A stretch of 63,623 nucleotides of DNA, filler included, from Intoshia linei (Eukaryota > Animalia > Orthonectida): assembly GCA_001642005.1 (NCBI GenBank). It is 5 parts of 5 records of this genome, joined end to end, with 100 filler letters (N's around TTAATTAATTAA, not from the genome) between each part and the next. Parts side by side here need not be neighbours in the genome. Positions count along the whole stretch, not along the records: positions 47,997 to 54,614 come from LWCA01001673.1; positions 54,715 to 63,623 come from LWCA01001407.1; 3 more parts are not named here. The stretch is one strand, 5' to 3'. This document shows positions 50,901-63,623 of this stretch, one piece after another (the first letter of the stretch is position 1; every line of letters starts with the position of its first letter). The position numbers and the translations under genes were made by a program. The notes below the pieces were generated by a model. The model worked only from the letters and a program-made list of their open reading frames with translations, was not told where the DNA came from and made no database searches.

Positions 50901-52638
50901 TGTTGAAAAATGGTACTTGATCCATTAAAATTTGAATTCAAATAAAATTGTTAAAACCTCCATACTGTAAGAATAAATTATTCAGGCAGAATGCATTTTT
51001 TCGTTATTTAATGCTTGTTTGTAAATAGTATCAATTAACAATTTTTTATTTGATATTTCCGATTTTGCATGTTACATTTAATTTAATCTTAACCTTAAAA
51101 ATAGTAATTGCTCATACATTTAAAGTATTTTAAAATATAAATTCTATAATTATTAAATTGGATTGCATTACATATCAAATTTTTTACATATAAATTTATC
51201 AATTCAACCGAATTAAATTATGCATTTGGATCACTGTATTTAAATTTTAGAGATTTAAAAAGTATTCTTTTGGCATTTCTTGAAATACTCTTTAAATGCA
51301 TCTGCCAATTCATAATCAATACATTGTAATGATTTTACGCTAAGTAAATGTATATACATATTTTTCAAATTCAAGTATCAATATCGTTCGAGTACCTAAA
51401 GTTTCTAAACAATAAAACAAACCACTTGATATTTTTTATTTTACTTAATTCAACTACGGAAAACACTTTTGAAAATTGATAAATTAAAACTAACACATTA
51501 TAATCAATAATAATAACGGCTCACAGATAATCGGTATTCAATTGGTAAATCAATTTGTATGAATCTACGTGTAATCGGATGACTTTTATTAGATATTTTT
51601 TTAAAAGGCTTTATGATAATTGAAACTTAAGATATTAAGTAAATATAGACCGATAAATAATCCGGTACCAGATTTCAAGATTTCAAATTAATGCGCTGAT
51701 TTTCAAAAATTAAATTTAATTTTAGAATATTTTTGTCAGTGATTGTTCCCATTTTAAATTTCAAAAAAATTTAATATCCCAAAACAATAACTGAAAATAT
51801 AACCACAACTCTAATCATTAAATAAATAAATATATATTGTGTTTCTTAACTAAATGTTAGAATTAATTTCTGGGAGTGTTATAAAATTGTTTCTATTTTG
51901 TAAAATTTGAATAAATAATTATTTTCATCAAAAAATGAAATTAATTATATATTTTAAAATACATTTTGGTTGAGTTTTTTTTGTGTTTTTCTCTCGTTCA
52001 AGATCACATATTATTAATTGAAATTTAAAGTGAATACTATGATAAATAATTTTAAAGAATGATTCATCTCCCACACGAGTTTCATGTTAAACAATTTATA
52101 ATTAATTAATTTAAATTAAACCTACAACTTAATACCCTAGAATTTAACCTACCCTGAATTTCCATGCTAAAACCATTAAAAATTTTAATCATACATTTGT
52201 ATATTCCATTAAAATATAAGTCAATACAATCCAGGTCTGCAGTAAATAACTAACTTAAATCGAAAAAATATTAATAAATATCCATAGATTTACTATTGAC
52301 ATAAAGTTATCTTACATAGATTATTATTTTTCATAGAAAAAACATGTATCTTTCAAAAAAAGCAATAATGAAGGTGAAATATATTAATCAAAATTTAATA
52401 TTGATGTTATTCATGTTAAACGTTAAAAATTACGGAATAACCGTATGATCCTCAAAGGTGGTTAATACCAGATGTTGATATCTAAAAAATTGATTTACCA
52501 TTACGAAACGATGCAAATTTAGTTTACTTTTATTTTATCACGGTTAACACTACAAACAAACATTTTTGAATATTATATGATCGATAAAATTTATTTGGGA
52601 ATAACTGAATGTGTATTTATATTTTATTAATTATGTAG

Positions 52639-53028
52639 ATGTGCTTCCATTCTGCAAAATATCCTCATTATGCAATAAATGGTTTATTATTAGCGTCTTC
52701 TTTCAATGGTCCTAATAAAGATTCAATTTGTGAAGCATATCCATTATTTCATGAAATTTTGGGACTTTCGGGTCCAATGGAAATTGCTACTCTTATAGTT
52801 TATTAGTTTCAACATTCTTTATGATTTTGTATATAGATTCAAGAGTATATTGCTGATAAAAACCTGAAAATTGTCGGTTACTATCAAGCTAATGAACATA
52901 TTTCAAATTCTACGTAATTGGGGTATTATTAAATTGATTTCATTATAATTAGACCCAATGAAAGTGCATATTCTATTGCTGAATCATTTTGTGATGATGA
53001 TAGGGAAGATCCATTCTATCTTGTCATG
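52639..53028 (+). CDS. EMC8: ER membrane protein complex subunit 8/9 (UPF0172), three internal exons
   Basis: MCFHSAKYPHYAINGLLLA...AYPLFHEILGLSGPMEIA..|...KIVGYYQANE...|PNESAYSIAE...LVM matches MVLHGAKYPHCAVNGLLV, IPLFH..L.L.PMLE.AL and IAGYYQANE. First and last exons were not located. Confidence 0.9.
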
Positions 53029-53736
53029 GTATGTTATCAAATTCATGTATATCAGAGCCCATTTTGTACTGTCATTTGTACGGGCACTCAAATTATTTTA
53101 GTAACACGCCCGGTCAGTCATTTATAATTTTTTTATTACGATTCATGCATCATGACTAAAATGTACGACACGGTAAGCTTACAAAATTTTTTTATTAATT
53201 TAAACTTTATTCCCACGAATCGATAATTTCACAGATCACCTAACATCTAATTTCTTAAAAAATATCAAAAATATATTATTTTTATGCGTTTTTAATGATA
53301 CATGATAAATTTTTTTTGTGTATTCCCTTTGCGGGTCTTCTTTTGTGAACTGATGATTTAAAGTTGAAATTGAAGTTAAAATGAGTTATACGGTGAAGTC
53401 ATATTCAATGGAACGGATTTCTTTTTATTTCTGAAATAAAGGGTAATTAAAAATAACCTTAACTTATATTTACTTATATTAAATTTTTTATAACCAGTGC
53501 TTTGTAATAACTTTATGTGTAAGAGTTTATTTAGGAAACTGACAGTTCCAGAAATTTAAAAAACATAAATTATAAGTTAATTTTTTCGGTTGTAGAAATT
53601 ATTATAAATTTCAGTCTTAGAAATTGTCATTTACCTACTATTTTAAAAAAAATCGCCGCTAATACAGTTATTTCCTTATATTATTATTACCTATAATTAT
53701 TAAATTTTTGCTTAGTTTGTAGAGACAAATTTAAAA

Positions 53737-54310
53737 TCCTAACTTATAATATGCTACGCGATTTTTGTTTGTGTGTGTATTACGCTTTATTCAAATAACT
53801 ACCAGTCTTAGAATTTTTTAAAGACCACATTTCAATTACAGTTTTTTCCGGGACGTAGAATAAGATAAATTTCAACCTCCCAATTTTACGTCTTACTGGT
53901 TAAAAAGCTCAGTTTTGTCTTTTTTTCAAAATCACACAAGTTGGAGAATTAAAAAAAATAATATATACGCTGATACGGCTTTTAAAATCATAAACATTAC
54001 CATAAATTTAAATTTAAAAAAATTATATCTTTAGGGCCAAAACCCAAATTACCCTTCTTATTTTTAATGAAAACAGCCCTAGAATTTCAAAAAATTATTA
54101 GATTAGATTATTCTGATAGAGCTTATTCCAATTGATATAAATATAAAATTTCAACCCCAGAAATCTACGCATTCCTGGTGAAAAATAATTTTTAATATAT
54201 TATCAACCAATATTTTTAAAATATTTCGATTAAAATAAAAATTGAAAATGTAAATATTGATCCTACAATTGCAAACAAAATGTGTATTCTACGTCTACAC
54301 ATTTCTAAAA
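53737..54310 (+). mobile_element. Helitron-like dispersed repeat copy
   Basis: A|TCCTAACTTATAATATGCTACGCG..TTTGTTTGTGTGTGT start, with the body matching 19505-19890. Confidence 0.65.
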
Positions 54311-54614
54311 ATTCGACTGAAATGTTTATAAAGTGAAGATTCGGTTAATTATTGATACACAATTGGTATTTTTAAGTATTTATTAAATTGGTACTGAATA
54401 TATGTCATCACATTGAAAATGACAAAATAGGTTTTTATAATTTTATTTTTTCTGGAATTTATGCTATTTATGACAATTTTTAGGATTGGACTGTTTTTAC
54501 TTTATTTTTAATATTATACACANTCAAACAAAATGTGCATTCTACGTCTACACATTTCTAAAAATTCGACTGAAATGTTTATAAAGTGAAGATTCGGTTA
54601 ATTATTGATACACA

Positions 54615-54714
54615 NNNNNNNNNNNNNNNNNNNNNNNNNNNNNNNNNNNNNNNNNNNNTTAATTAATTAANNNNNNNNNNNNNNNNNNNNNNNNNNNNNN
54701 NNNNNNNNNNNNNN
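54615..54714. other. Scaffold gap with artificial spacer
   Basis: 44 N + TTAATTAATTAA + 44 N. Confidence 0.98.
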
Positions 54715-55520
54715 TTAATGCTAATTGCCCATCGAATTCTAAAATTTTCCAAAAAATGTGACACCCTATAGTCGGTATGTGACTGTGAAGCTTTCGAAAT
54801 GAAATTACAATTTTATATATATAATAAATTAACTTATTATCGACCTGTGACTGTGACCTGTGATCCACTGTCCTTTTTCTATCATTCTAAATATTACGTC
54901 GATGACATTCTAATTACCGTGTACAATGTACATAAGTGTTGTGAACGTCATTGACGCAAATGGAAAGCACCTTATATATTTAATTATATACATTCATTTA
55001 ATTTACAAACAACTCATTATGTAGAATGTCACCAGACGTCCAATTTGCGTATGGGGTTAAATAGTGATCTACGATCTCAAATTTGCCGGAACTATGTCTA
55101 GGTTATAGGGATCAAGGATGATACAAGATAACCAGACAGATTTACAGCTGGATTCGTTAGGGTAAAGTTCTGAGGGACATTCCGATTCCACATAAATTAC
55201 CAGTTCAGCTGGTCATTTAAAAATAAATAATAGTTCAGTCCGAACTTTATAAAATACTTTCCACCTTATTTGTTAAATCATAAAATAAGTGCCTTAATCA
55301 GTCATATGGGTTTAATTCAGGTAATAAAAAAATTATTCATTTCATACAAAATTATAAGTATCAATATACGGTGAAATTCTGGTCTGAGTCTGAGTAAGAC
55401 CGTTTGACTGCATCTACTATTCTTAAAAATTCATTTGTAACCATAATAATTAATTTGAACTAATAAAGTGTTTATCTATAAAAAATTACAATTCAAATTA
55501 AATTATTCTATTGTCATCAA

Positions 55521-58500
55521 ATGGCTTTAAATTATTCAAAGTGGGACCACATTGACGTAATCTCTTTTTTTAATTATCCGTTATCTTTTTTATAGATCTC
55601 TGACGACGAGGATGATACACACCCTAATGTTGACACGCCAAGTCTATTTAGATGGCGTCATAAAGCAAGGATTGAAAAAATGGTTGAATTTGATAAAGAA
55701 ATGTTAGATTTTAATGGAAAATATGATAAGTAGGATTGATTATTTTATTTATTATTATGCGTTTGTAGCTACATTCAAAAGATGAATGAATTGAAGCTAA
55801 AAATAAAAAATGGAAATCAAAACGTTACTTTTTAAATTATTTTCACTATAATTACATACAATAAACCAACTCATTAGTGAACATTCCAATTTAATCAAAA
55901 TATAGTACATTTTGTCATTTAAGTTTATTTATGTAACTGTGTTCAGTATGTGACCCATCAAAAATAATTGTTCAAAAAATATCAGTAAGTACGTTAAAAA
56001 AACTTAAATGACTTTGTTTTTGTGTGTGTTTAACTTTATTTAAATAACTACCCGTCTTAGAATTTTATAAAGTCACAATTATGTTATAAATCAGTGGTTC
56101 TCAACATTTTTCAGGCCATGGCCCACCTTAAAATATCTACTTATATTTACAGTAAAATGCTTTATTTATTTAAATTTTAAAGTATCAAGAATAGTATTAA
56201 AAAATAATAATCAACAAGTAAATTTAAATTTATACTAGTTAGTGACTGCCTTGGCATTGGTGTTTGTTGCACAATGAATCGTAATCAATTTCTATTAGTT
56301 TATTCAATCTTAATCGCATTATTCCTCGGTTGTTTACATCCAATCTTGATTTCTTTTTACTAAAAATATTGACTACTGCTGAAAATCCAGCTTCTACAAG
56401 CCATGTTGTAGGAAAAACAATAATGCTTGGTTGAACATAATCAAACAATTGGATTTGATTCTTGAATTCCCATAAATTCAAATACACCTTCCTTTTCTAT
56501 TCGTCTTACTAATTTCAAATCTTTTAAGTCCAAGAGTTTTTCAGTTAGTTCAGAACTGGTTTCATCATTTGGTTCAAAGTTTTGAAGATCTGTAAACCAT
56601 AATTCCAAATTTATATTTCAAATTCATTATGCATTTATAGATTTTGTTTTGGTTAGCAGTTTTATGACTTTATACTCCAAATTTTTTTTAATGTTGAAAA
56701 TTCTCTGGTGCCCAAGTTGAGAACTCTTGTTATAAATTATCCAATATGTATAATATCAATAAATTATAAAATCTCACAAGTTTGTGCGATACTTAATTAT
56801 TTAACTAAACAATTTAAAATGTATTGGCTTTTAATTTTTTAAAGCATACATTCGATGTGAACAATACTTTTTTAATTTATATACATTTAACACGTACTAC
56901 CTACACGTACCTGTTGAAAATTGTTTAAATATGCAAAAAAATATTAATAGAGAATTATACTTTTTACAGATTTGAGGAAGTGATGTTAGATAAAATGGAT
57001 GTTCAATGTAATAAAAATTTGCTTTATTTCGAATAGTCTCATATTTATTATAATATATATTCCTCATATATCAATAGTTGTCAGAAAATTAAAAAAGATT
57101 TTTTTTTAAATTTTTTTTGCAGTATGACCCTAAAAAGTTTAAGAACCACTACTGTAATTTATCAGTTATATATTTCGGAAAAAATTGACGAAATGTTTCC
57201 TTTTTTATTTTGCACACCTCTTAACCCTCCTATAAATAATATTTCTATCAAAAATATTTTAATTTGATATAGAATTGTTTATTGAAAATTTTTCGATTTT
57301 AATGATCCTAAACTCGAAAATGTTTTAGATTCTAAAATTTACAGCATTAGATGATTAACATAATTTATTTGAAAGTACATTTTGTTCACTAATGATGGTT
57401 TACTGTAGTTTTATTTATATATACGCACTACAGTACTAGTTTTTAAATTAAATAATTGGTTAGAATGAAACACAATTAAATAAATGGAAAAAAGAACTTG
57501 AAGAAGCTGAATCGCATAAACAATCATGGGTTCTAAAAAGACACGAATTAGAAAAAAAGAAACGCGTAATATCTAACGTTATGAAAATTATTGTACTATG
57601 AATTGTCTACTAAAATTTCAAGGATTTAAAAAGTTTTATGGTGCAGGAAGGGCAATAAAATGAATTACAAGTGTAATTATTTGAGGATAATCATATTTTG
57701 ACATGATACCTGAATTTAAGACAATTTTTGATTATTATGAATGGTTAGATCTCATATATTTTCTACAATCCATTATATCCAGCTAAAGTTTATATGCTAA
57801 AAACTTTTATTATTTATGTAGCTCCAACCACTTAATATTGACACAATATGCAAGGATTCTACATCAAAAACCGTTTGTCTTATGTTTGTTTAATATTAAT
57901 TGTTTTTTAGTTTATTAATAAAGAATTCGAAACTACTTTAGAGGAAAATTATCAAAATCAAGTAATTTGCGTGTTAATTTATTATTTATATTTTTTAATA
58001 CAAATTATTAATTAATATTGTAGAGTGATTTTATGAACAAATATAAAGATGATATTGAAAAATTTGGTATGTATAGAAAATATGATGATTCTAGAAAATT
58101 TCTCCTGGATAATTCACATTTACTTTGTGAATATACATCAAATTACATTGTTTTGTGGTGTTTAAATTTAGCATTGGAAGAAGTAAACATGTAGTTTATA
58201 CTTTTAAAATTATTTTAGAAACATGCCTTGATGGAGCATGTTGCTCATCAAGCTACATGTTTACAATTTATGTTTGAACTTTCAAAAACAGCAAACATTC
58301 CTCCTGTACAATGCATAAACGGTTTCTTCGATAAGTAAGTTTCATAGTGTAAACCAGGATTTCACAACCGATGCAGAAGTCCCAGAGAATATTGAAACTA
58401 TATATTGTCAAAATACTATTTTAGTTGTAGAAAAAACACGTCATAAACTTTTTCAAATTTTGATTAAAATAATTTTTTCTTACAAAATCTGTAATTAACA

Positions 58501-59995
58501 TAAATTAATATTTTCTATTAAAGAAATATTTTCATTTATTTATAACATTGTCTAACGGTAGTAATATAGGTCAATATTTGGTAACGCTACGATTTTTTTA
58601 TCTGAAAAAAAGTCATTTAAATTACAGTTTTTTAAATTGTCAAAATATATCAGTAAGTACGTCAAAAAAACTTAAAATTGGAAAATTACAAGATATAAAA
58701 AACCACTCTGATTAATTAAATGTATATAAAATGAGAATATTCTTAAACCCAACCATGTTTACTAAAAATCAAAATTTACCAACCTTTATGGTTGGATTTA
58801 AGTAGACACCCATATAAAATTATCTGAATTAAGGAAAACGTGACAAATAATTTCAAAATAATTGGATAAATAGTTTGATTGAAATGTTAAATTTAGACTA
58901 AAAATGGGAGATTCTAAATATCTTAGTTGCTTTAATTCTGAGCTTGAAAGTTATATAAACAGAATACGTAAAAGAGCTCAAGAAAAAATTGAAGTTGCAA
59001 GAGCTGAAGAGGAAGAGGTAATATCTACATGACGTGACTAGGGTAAAGTTAGTATGGAAAAACCACACAGAAAGAACCATAATGTATCCAATTATTATAC
59101 ATACATTTAAATATTTTTTGATTTCTAGCATACCTAAATATACTTAGAATATATGTCGTCAAATTTTTTATGGTAATTAGTTTCATGTCTGTCAGAACCT
59201 TAAATTGACGCGTTATACCTGAACTAAGATGATTTAAAATTTTTGATTAAATTTATTTAGGCGAAGTCTCAGTTTTCTACTTGCGAATTTTAAGATATGT
59301 AATATTAAAATTTTTGAAAGTTGGCTTAGCATATATACCGACTCATAACTCGGATGATTATAATTATCTGATATTTATTCAATGTTAAAATTTTATAAAT
59401 CTTTATCAATATTAAAATTATTTGAGGGTATTACTAGAATTACCATTAACTTTACTGAAGTTGGTTTCTTTTACTTTTTTGATGAATTGTTTTAATTTAT
59501 ACTGTTTATTTTAAGGAAGACCGAAAAAACAGATTAGGACCAGGAGGATTGGATCCAGTAGAAGTATTTAAATCTCTACCTCCCGTAATTTTTATTTTGA
59601 TGTATTTCAGTGTTAGTCTCTGCCAAGTGTAGAACCAATTGTAGCAACTTTTGTACTGTTAAGATTAAAAATATTGAAGGAGTCTGCTATTTACACATTT
59701 ATAGTTCAAAATTTTTATAAGGGTAAATGTACATTATTAAATTTTGGTTGACTTCAATAATCAATTAATTAACCCACCGCATTTAGTTGGTACACTTTGA
59801 GAAACCCTAAATTAATATATTATTTAGGATTTGCAACAATGTTTTGAAAATAAAGATATTGAGATGATTAAGGATGTAATGTCAAAACTACCACCTAGCG
59901 AAGCAGAATACCATTTGAGAAGATGTATAGACTCAGGAATGTGGATTCAAAATGCTCAAGATGAAGAAATTGATAAGTCTAAGGATGGCAAATAA
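55521..59995 (+). CDS. CDC37: Hsp90 kinase co-chaperone Cdc37, multi-exon
   Basis: [12 protein letters not shown]|[29 protein letters not shown]...[14 protein letters not shown]...[14 protein letters not shown]...MEHVAHQ...[17 protein letters not shown]|[11 protein letters not shown]...[15 protein letters not shown], with the stop at 59993-59995. Absent from the ORF track because the exons are short. Confidence 0.97.
56092..56729 (-). mobile_element. hAT (Buster/Charlie) deletion derivative in a CDC37 intron, exact 8-bp TSD
   Basis: TTATAAAT|CAGTGGTTCTCAAC ... GTTGAGAACTCTTG|TTATAAAT. It retains the transposase C-terminus [14 protein letters not shown]...RLDV..RG.MRLRL...HQCQGSH*. Confidence 0.93.
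58731..58813. mobile_element. Short copy of the palindromic MITE seen at 10421-10685
   Basis: ATGAGAATATTCTTAAACCCAACCAT...ATGGTTGGATTTAAGTAGACACCCAT. Confidence 0.75.
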
Positions 59996-61019
59996 ATTAT
60001 TTAATTTCACTAGGGCAGTGCTTCTTAACCTTTTTACTTCACGGCGCACTTGGGGAATAGATAAAAAACGCACATTTGAAAATGTGCAGATTAAAAACGA
60101 TAAAAATATAACAATAAAAAAATGTTCAGCGAATTGTCAATGTAAAATTTTGAAATTAATTTTACTGAATTTAATCAGGTTATCTTCAAAATATTTTAAA
60201 AATGGTAGATTAAACCCTTCAAAATTTTGGACCCAAAAAAATCTTTAAAAATTGGGTGAAAAAGGCTTCCCTTAAAACCCTACAATGAATATAAGATAAT
60301 AAAATATGAATAAAGAAACTCAGTAAAATTTCGTGAAAAATATGAATATGATAAATTAATAAAATCGATGATTATGTCGCTCCAGAGAATGTTTTATTCG
60401 TGGGATTCGATTAGAAATTATACACTTTTTTAATTGCATTAACGAATATCTTGGTACGCTTAGAATAATATTACTTAATTTTACTATGAAAGACAATGAT
60501 ATAATTATGAATACAATATTTATTTGGTAAAATTTTTTACAAATCTGAATCCTCTAAAAAACAATTATAATAATAAAATATTTATTACCTGTATTCTCTA
60601 TTACACTAAGTATAGTAGATAAACAGTGCAATTGTTTCTTCCGGTCATCCATCTAATTATTTAATTATTATGAGAAGATATTAAAACAAATTAAGATATG
60701 ACTATTAATTTGATCAGATAAATCAACCATTCTCAATGGCGTTCATGGCAGTTTGGGTCCATCAAAAATTATTTAGAAAAGTGAAAAATGATATTTCGGC
60801 AATTATAGTAACTATTTCTAATTTAATCTTTTTTCTATTACGACTCGATTTAAGTGAATATCTATTTTTTCAGGACCAATTACAAGGAATTAGGTTGTAA
60901 TTCATTTTATAGATACTAAAATTTAACAAAACCCAATTTCTTATACAGATTTTCCAAGAGTGTGTTTATATCTATTTTTCCGTTTCCGAATATGAATCCT
61001 TCAGGGTCAAAAACCAAAT

Positions 61020-61480
61020 TTCCACTTTTGTTTAAAAAAATAAATCAGTACAAAAATTTAATAAAATATGCATTTTGGAACGAGTTTTAAAATAATTAAC
61101 ATTGTTGTAAATCTCAGCGTCAGAAACGCACACCTTCATAGTCAAAACCAAAATTACCCAATGTTTAAAAAATGACGCATGTACATTTTATAAAACATAA
61201 ATTGCGGGATAGTTTTTAAAATCATAAGCACAATAATAAATAACAACCTAAAAAAAGTGTATTTTTTAACCCCAGATTACCTTTTTTAAAAAATGAAAAC
61301 AGTTAAAGTATTTTAAAAAAAATACAGCTGATACATTTACATCCAGTGAACATACCCAAAAAGATTCAATCTGACAAAGTTACGCCTTCACTATCAAAAA
61401 AGCATTTTAATATTAATTTTTTTTTATTTCGAAATTATTTTATTAATGTAAAACACAAAATTTCAAATAATTAACGGTCC
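61020..61480 (+). repeat. Internal portion of the Helitron-like dispersed repeat family
   Basis: Shares the AACATTGT.GTAAATCTCAGC, CCCCAGATTACC.TTTTT and TTCAATCTGA..AAGT.ACGCCTTCAC blocks with other copies. Confidence 0.65.
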
Positions 61481-63062
61481 ACATAGTTCGTCCTCTGCAG
61501 ATCTAGGATGCTATTTGGGTGAAGAACATAACAGTCAAGCTAGTCTTTATATAAATAAAAAAACTCTATTTTTGAGTAGAAAATGGCTTTTATTAAGTTC
61601 CAAAATCAGATCTTTAGTTTGTTGTATTTTTCTAACATAATATAAAAATAATATTGTTATAATTTTACTTCATTATTTTGTCTTTAGTGGGAAATTCATT
61701 TACTGACAGCGACATGAGTCGATAATCTGAAATTAAACAAATTTGTAAATAAAATAAAAAATTTTTAAATAATACCATTAGCATGCTCGTACAATACTTT
61801 ACATTGCTTTAATTTATCAATACTTTGATTTGTATTATTTTCAAGGTTTGAAAATTTTTCATCTAAGCATAGAAAATTTAAAAATTTAATTTATTTAAAA
61901 ATATTAAATAATTAATTTAATTTGAAAATTTAAGTTTTAATCTATATATATCAAGACCAGAATATATATAAAATTGAGAATATGTTTATATATTTTAAAT
62001 TTTACTATACGATGCAATAACATCAGTATATAGATTTTGTTGGACTTTGTTGGATAATATGATACTACGCGATCTTTCTGAAACTAGCTTTAATTTTTCT
62101 ACATTTTGAAGTAAAGATTTCTTAATAATGTTTCTAAAAACATTTTAAAATTAGAGGTATCAAATATTACATGTCTCCTTCGTGTTTATTATTATAAACG
62201 TATAAAAGCGTTCTCAATATACTGTCTATTAATTTTATATCCGTTCCATTATCACCATCATACATTAATCTATTTGTTATTATTTCGTCTAAATTAATTT
62301 ATAAACTAAATTGACGTTAATTTAACCTTCCATGTTGATAGCCATTAATGATTCAATTGAATCAAAAAATTTAGTTTAATTTCAAGATTTGATTACTAAA
62401 TTTGACGTTTAATATTCGTTTCTTATGACAATTTCATGTTTAAATAATTAATAAAGTTTTATTTTTTGAGATTGAAAGATTGAATTTTGATATCTTGGAT
62501 ATAATATTTTTAATATATATAATTATATTTTTGATATTTTTATATTTTATCTTAAAATTTCATTATTATTTTTTAATTCATATAATTTAAATGAATTTTA
62601 ACTTCGGATCCAGAATTGTAGAGAGGTGGCTAGTAGTATATAGCATTACTCGTCAATTGCGAAAAAATTTTACTTGTCTATTTTTGATATCTTCGGATCT
62701 CGACTATGGTAGATTTGACTGTGCTTGTAGTATCGAAAAGAACTGAAGAACTTGTAGATTCAGATAATATAAAATTTTGAAAATTTTATTTTTATTAGAA
62801 CATTTTTGGGATAAGTAATACTATAATTAGCGCTGAAAAAATGATATCTTACGATAATAATGATGTGATATAACAATTACTGGTGAAAATATTGATGAAC
62901 TTTCCAATAAAATCAACATTAACAATCTAATAGGTAAAAAGTATAAACAGCTGTATCAAAATAACAATTATAATATTGGTAGTTTAGTAAAAAAGGTTGG
63001 GAAGGACTGGGTTAAACAAAGAGTTTTGTATAAGTAAGGATATAACAAGTATTAATTAAAAT

Positions 63063-63360
63063 TTAATATAATTTAATTCCAAGAAAATATGGTAATGCAA
63101 AATCCTCATTAAAGTGTATTTGAGAATTTGTGGTTAATTTTACAGTTAATGAATCATCTTTATTCAAATTGTATACGATTGAAGTGGATAAAACAATAGG
63201 ATTGTTGATTTTTGTTTGTTGTAGTTGTCCAATTATTTTAATATCATTTAAAATGATTGAAACATTTATCATTTCAGTTTCTAAAGCCAAATGCAATAAA
63301 TAATATCCACTTTCCTTAATGTACAATTTATTATGCAAATGAGATAAATTATATCCAAAT
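63063..63360 (-). CDS. TNF/C1q-superfamily jelly-roll domain, terminal exon
   Basis: KLYIKESGYYLL...STSIVYNLNKDDSLTVKL......F......YFLGIKLY* follows the TNF/C1q pattern L.I...G.Y, L..GD.L.V and YFG..KL. Upstream exons are probably outside the window. Confidence 0.55.
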
Positions 63361-63623
63361 ACTCCTAAATTTAATAAATTAGTCATTTTTTATACACATG
63401 AGACTTATCGAGTTCAATGTTACATAATTCTATTATTTTTTTGTTTTTAGCATAATTTTCAATATTTAATGATAAAATAATAATTATTAAAATCAAGCGC
63501 AAGTTTTATATCCCATTTTATATTTTACCTTTTATATTGCTGTATTATACTATTAGGTCGTTTCATAAATAATGTCGTTTTTTTAACAAAATTAAAAAGT
63601 TTATTTGATTACATTAAAAATAA

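Noticed and set aside
50640-51400. Coding-like patches with a faint hAT dimerisation-like motif (IP..SAP/ERL)
   Set aside because: Multiple stops and frameshifts, with no consistent splice model or termini. Too weak to call.
54273-54614. About 90-bp direct duplication (54273-54360 and 54524-54614)
   Set aside because: Bounded by an N and a scaffold gap, so most likely an assembly artefact.
59952-60248. 98-aa ORF overlapping the CDC37 end
   Set aside because: Out-of-frame overlap with the last CDC37 exon, running into a hAT MITE end (CAGTGCTTCTTAACC at 60016).

Overview
Very AT-rich, compact animal genomic DNA with mostly 35-55 nt GT-AG introns and four 100-nt scaffold gaps carrying an artificial TTAATTAATTAA spacer. 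The architecture resembles a reduced invertebrate genome such as the orthonectid Intoshia, but that is an inference and was not verified. Hand-spliced genes in order: PEDS1/TMEM189 (5' part, -), TOP1 (+), TRAPPC2/sedlin (-), RABGGTA (+), an SLC25 amino-acid-type mitochondrial carrier (3' part, +), an SLC6 amino-acid transporter (-) with an adjacent deleted pseudogene copy, an SCP/FCP1-type CTD phosphatase (-), lethal giant larvae (5' part, -), a KIAA0930-like gene (-), an orphan acidic/coiled-coil gene (+), EMC8/9 (internal exons, +), CDC37 (+) and a TNF/C1q-like terminal exon (-). Intergenic DNA and long introns hold decayed DNA transposons of many superfamilies (hAT, Tc1, mariner, pogo/Tigger, Chapaev3, MULE, Kolobok-like and Helitron-like), often nested, and several keep exact target-site duplications. 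I found no tRNA, rRNA or CRISPR, and no convincing novel multi-gene system. The best leads are a hAT transposase bounded by piggyBac-like TTAA-CCCT ends, a 124-bp head-to-head TRAPPC2/RABGGTA pair, 3'-polarised intron loss, an abrupt loss of homology in PEDS1, and a Helitron-like family forming a large foldback. All homology calls come from recalled motifs, not database searches.
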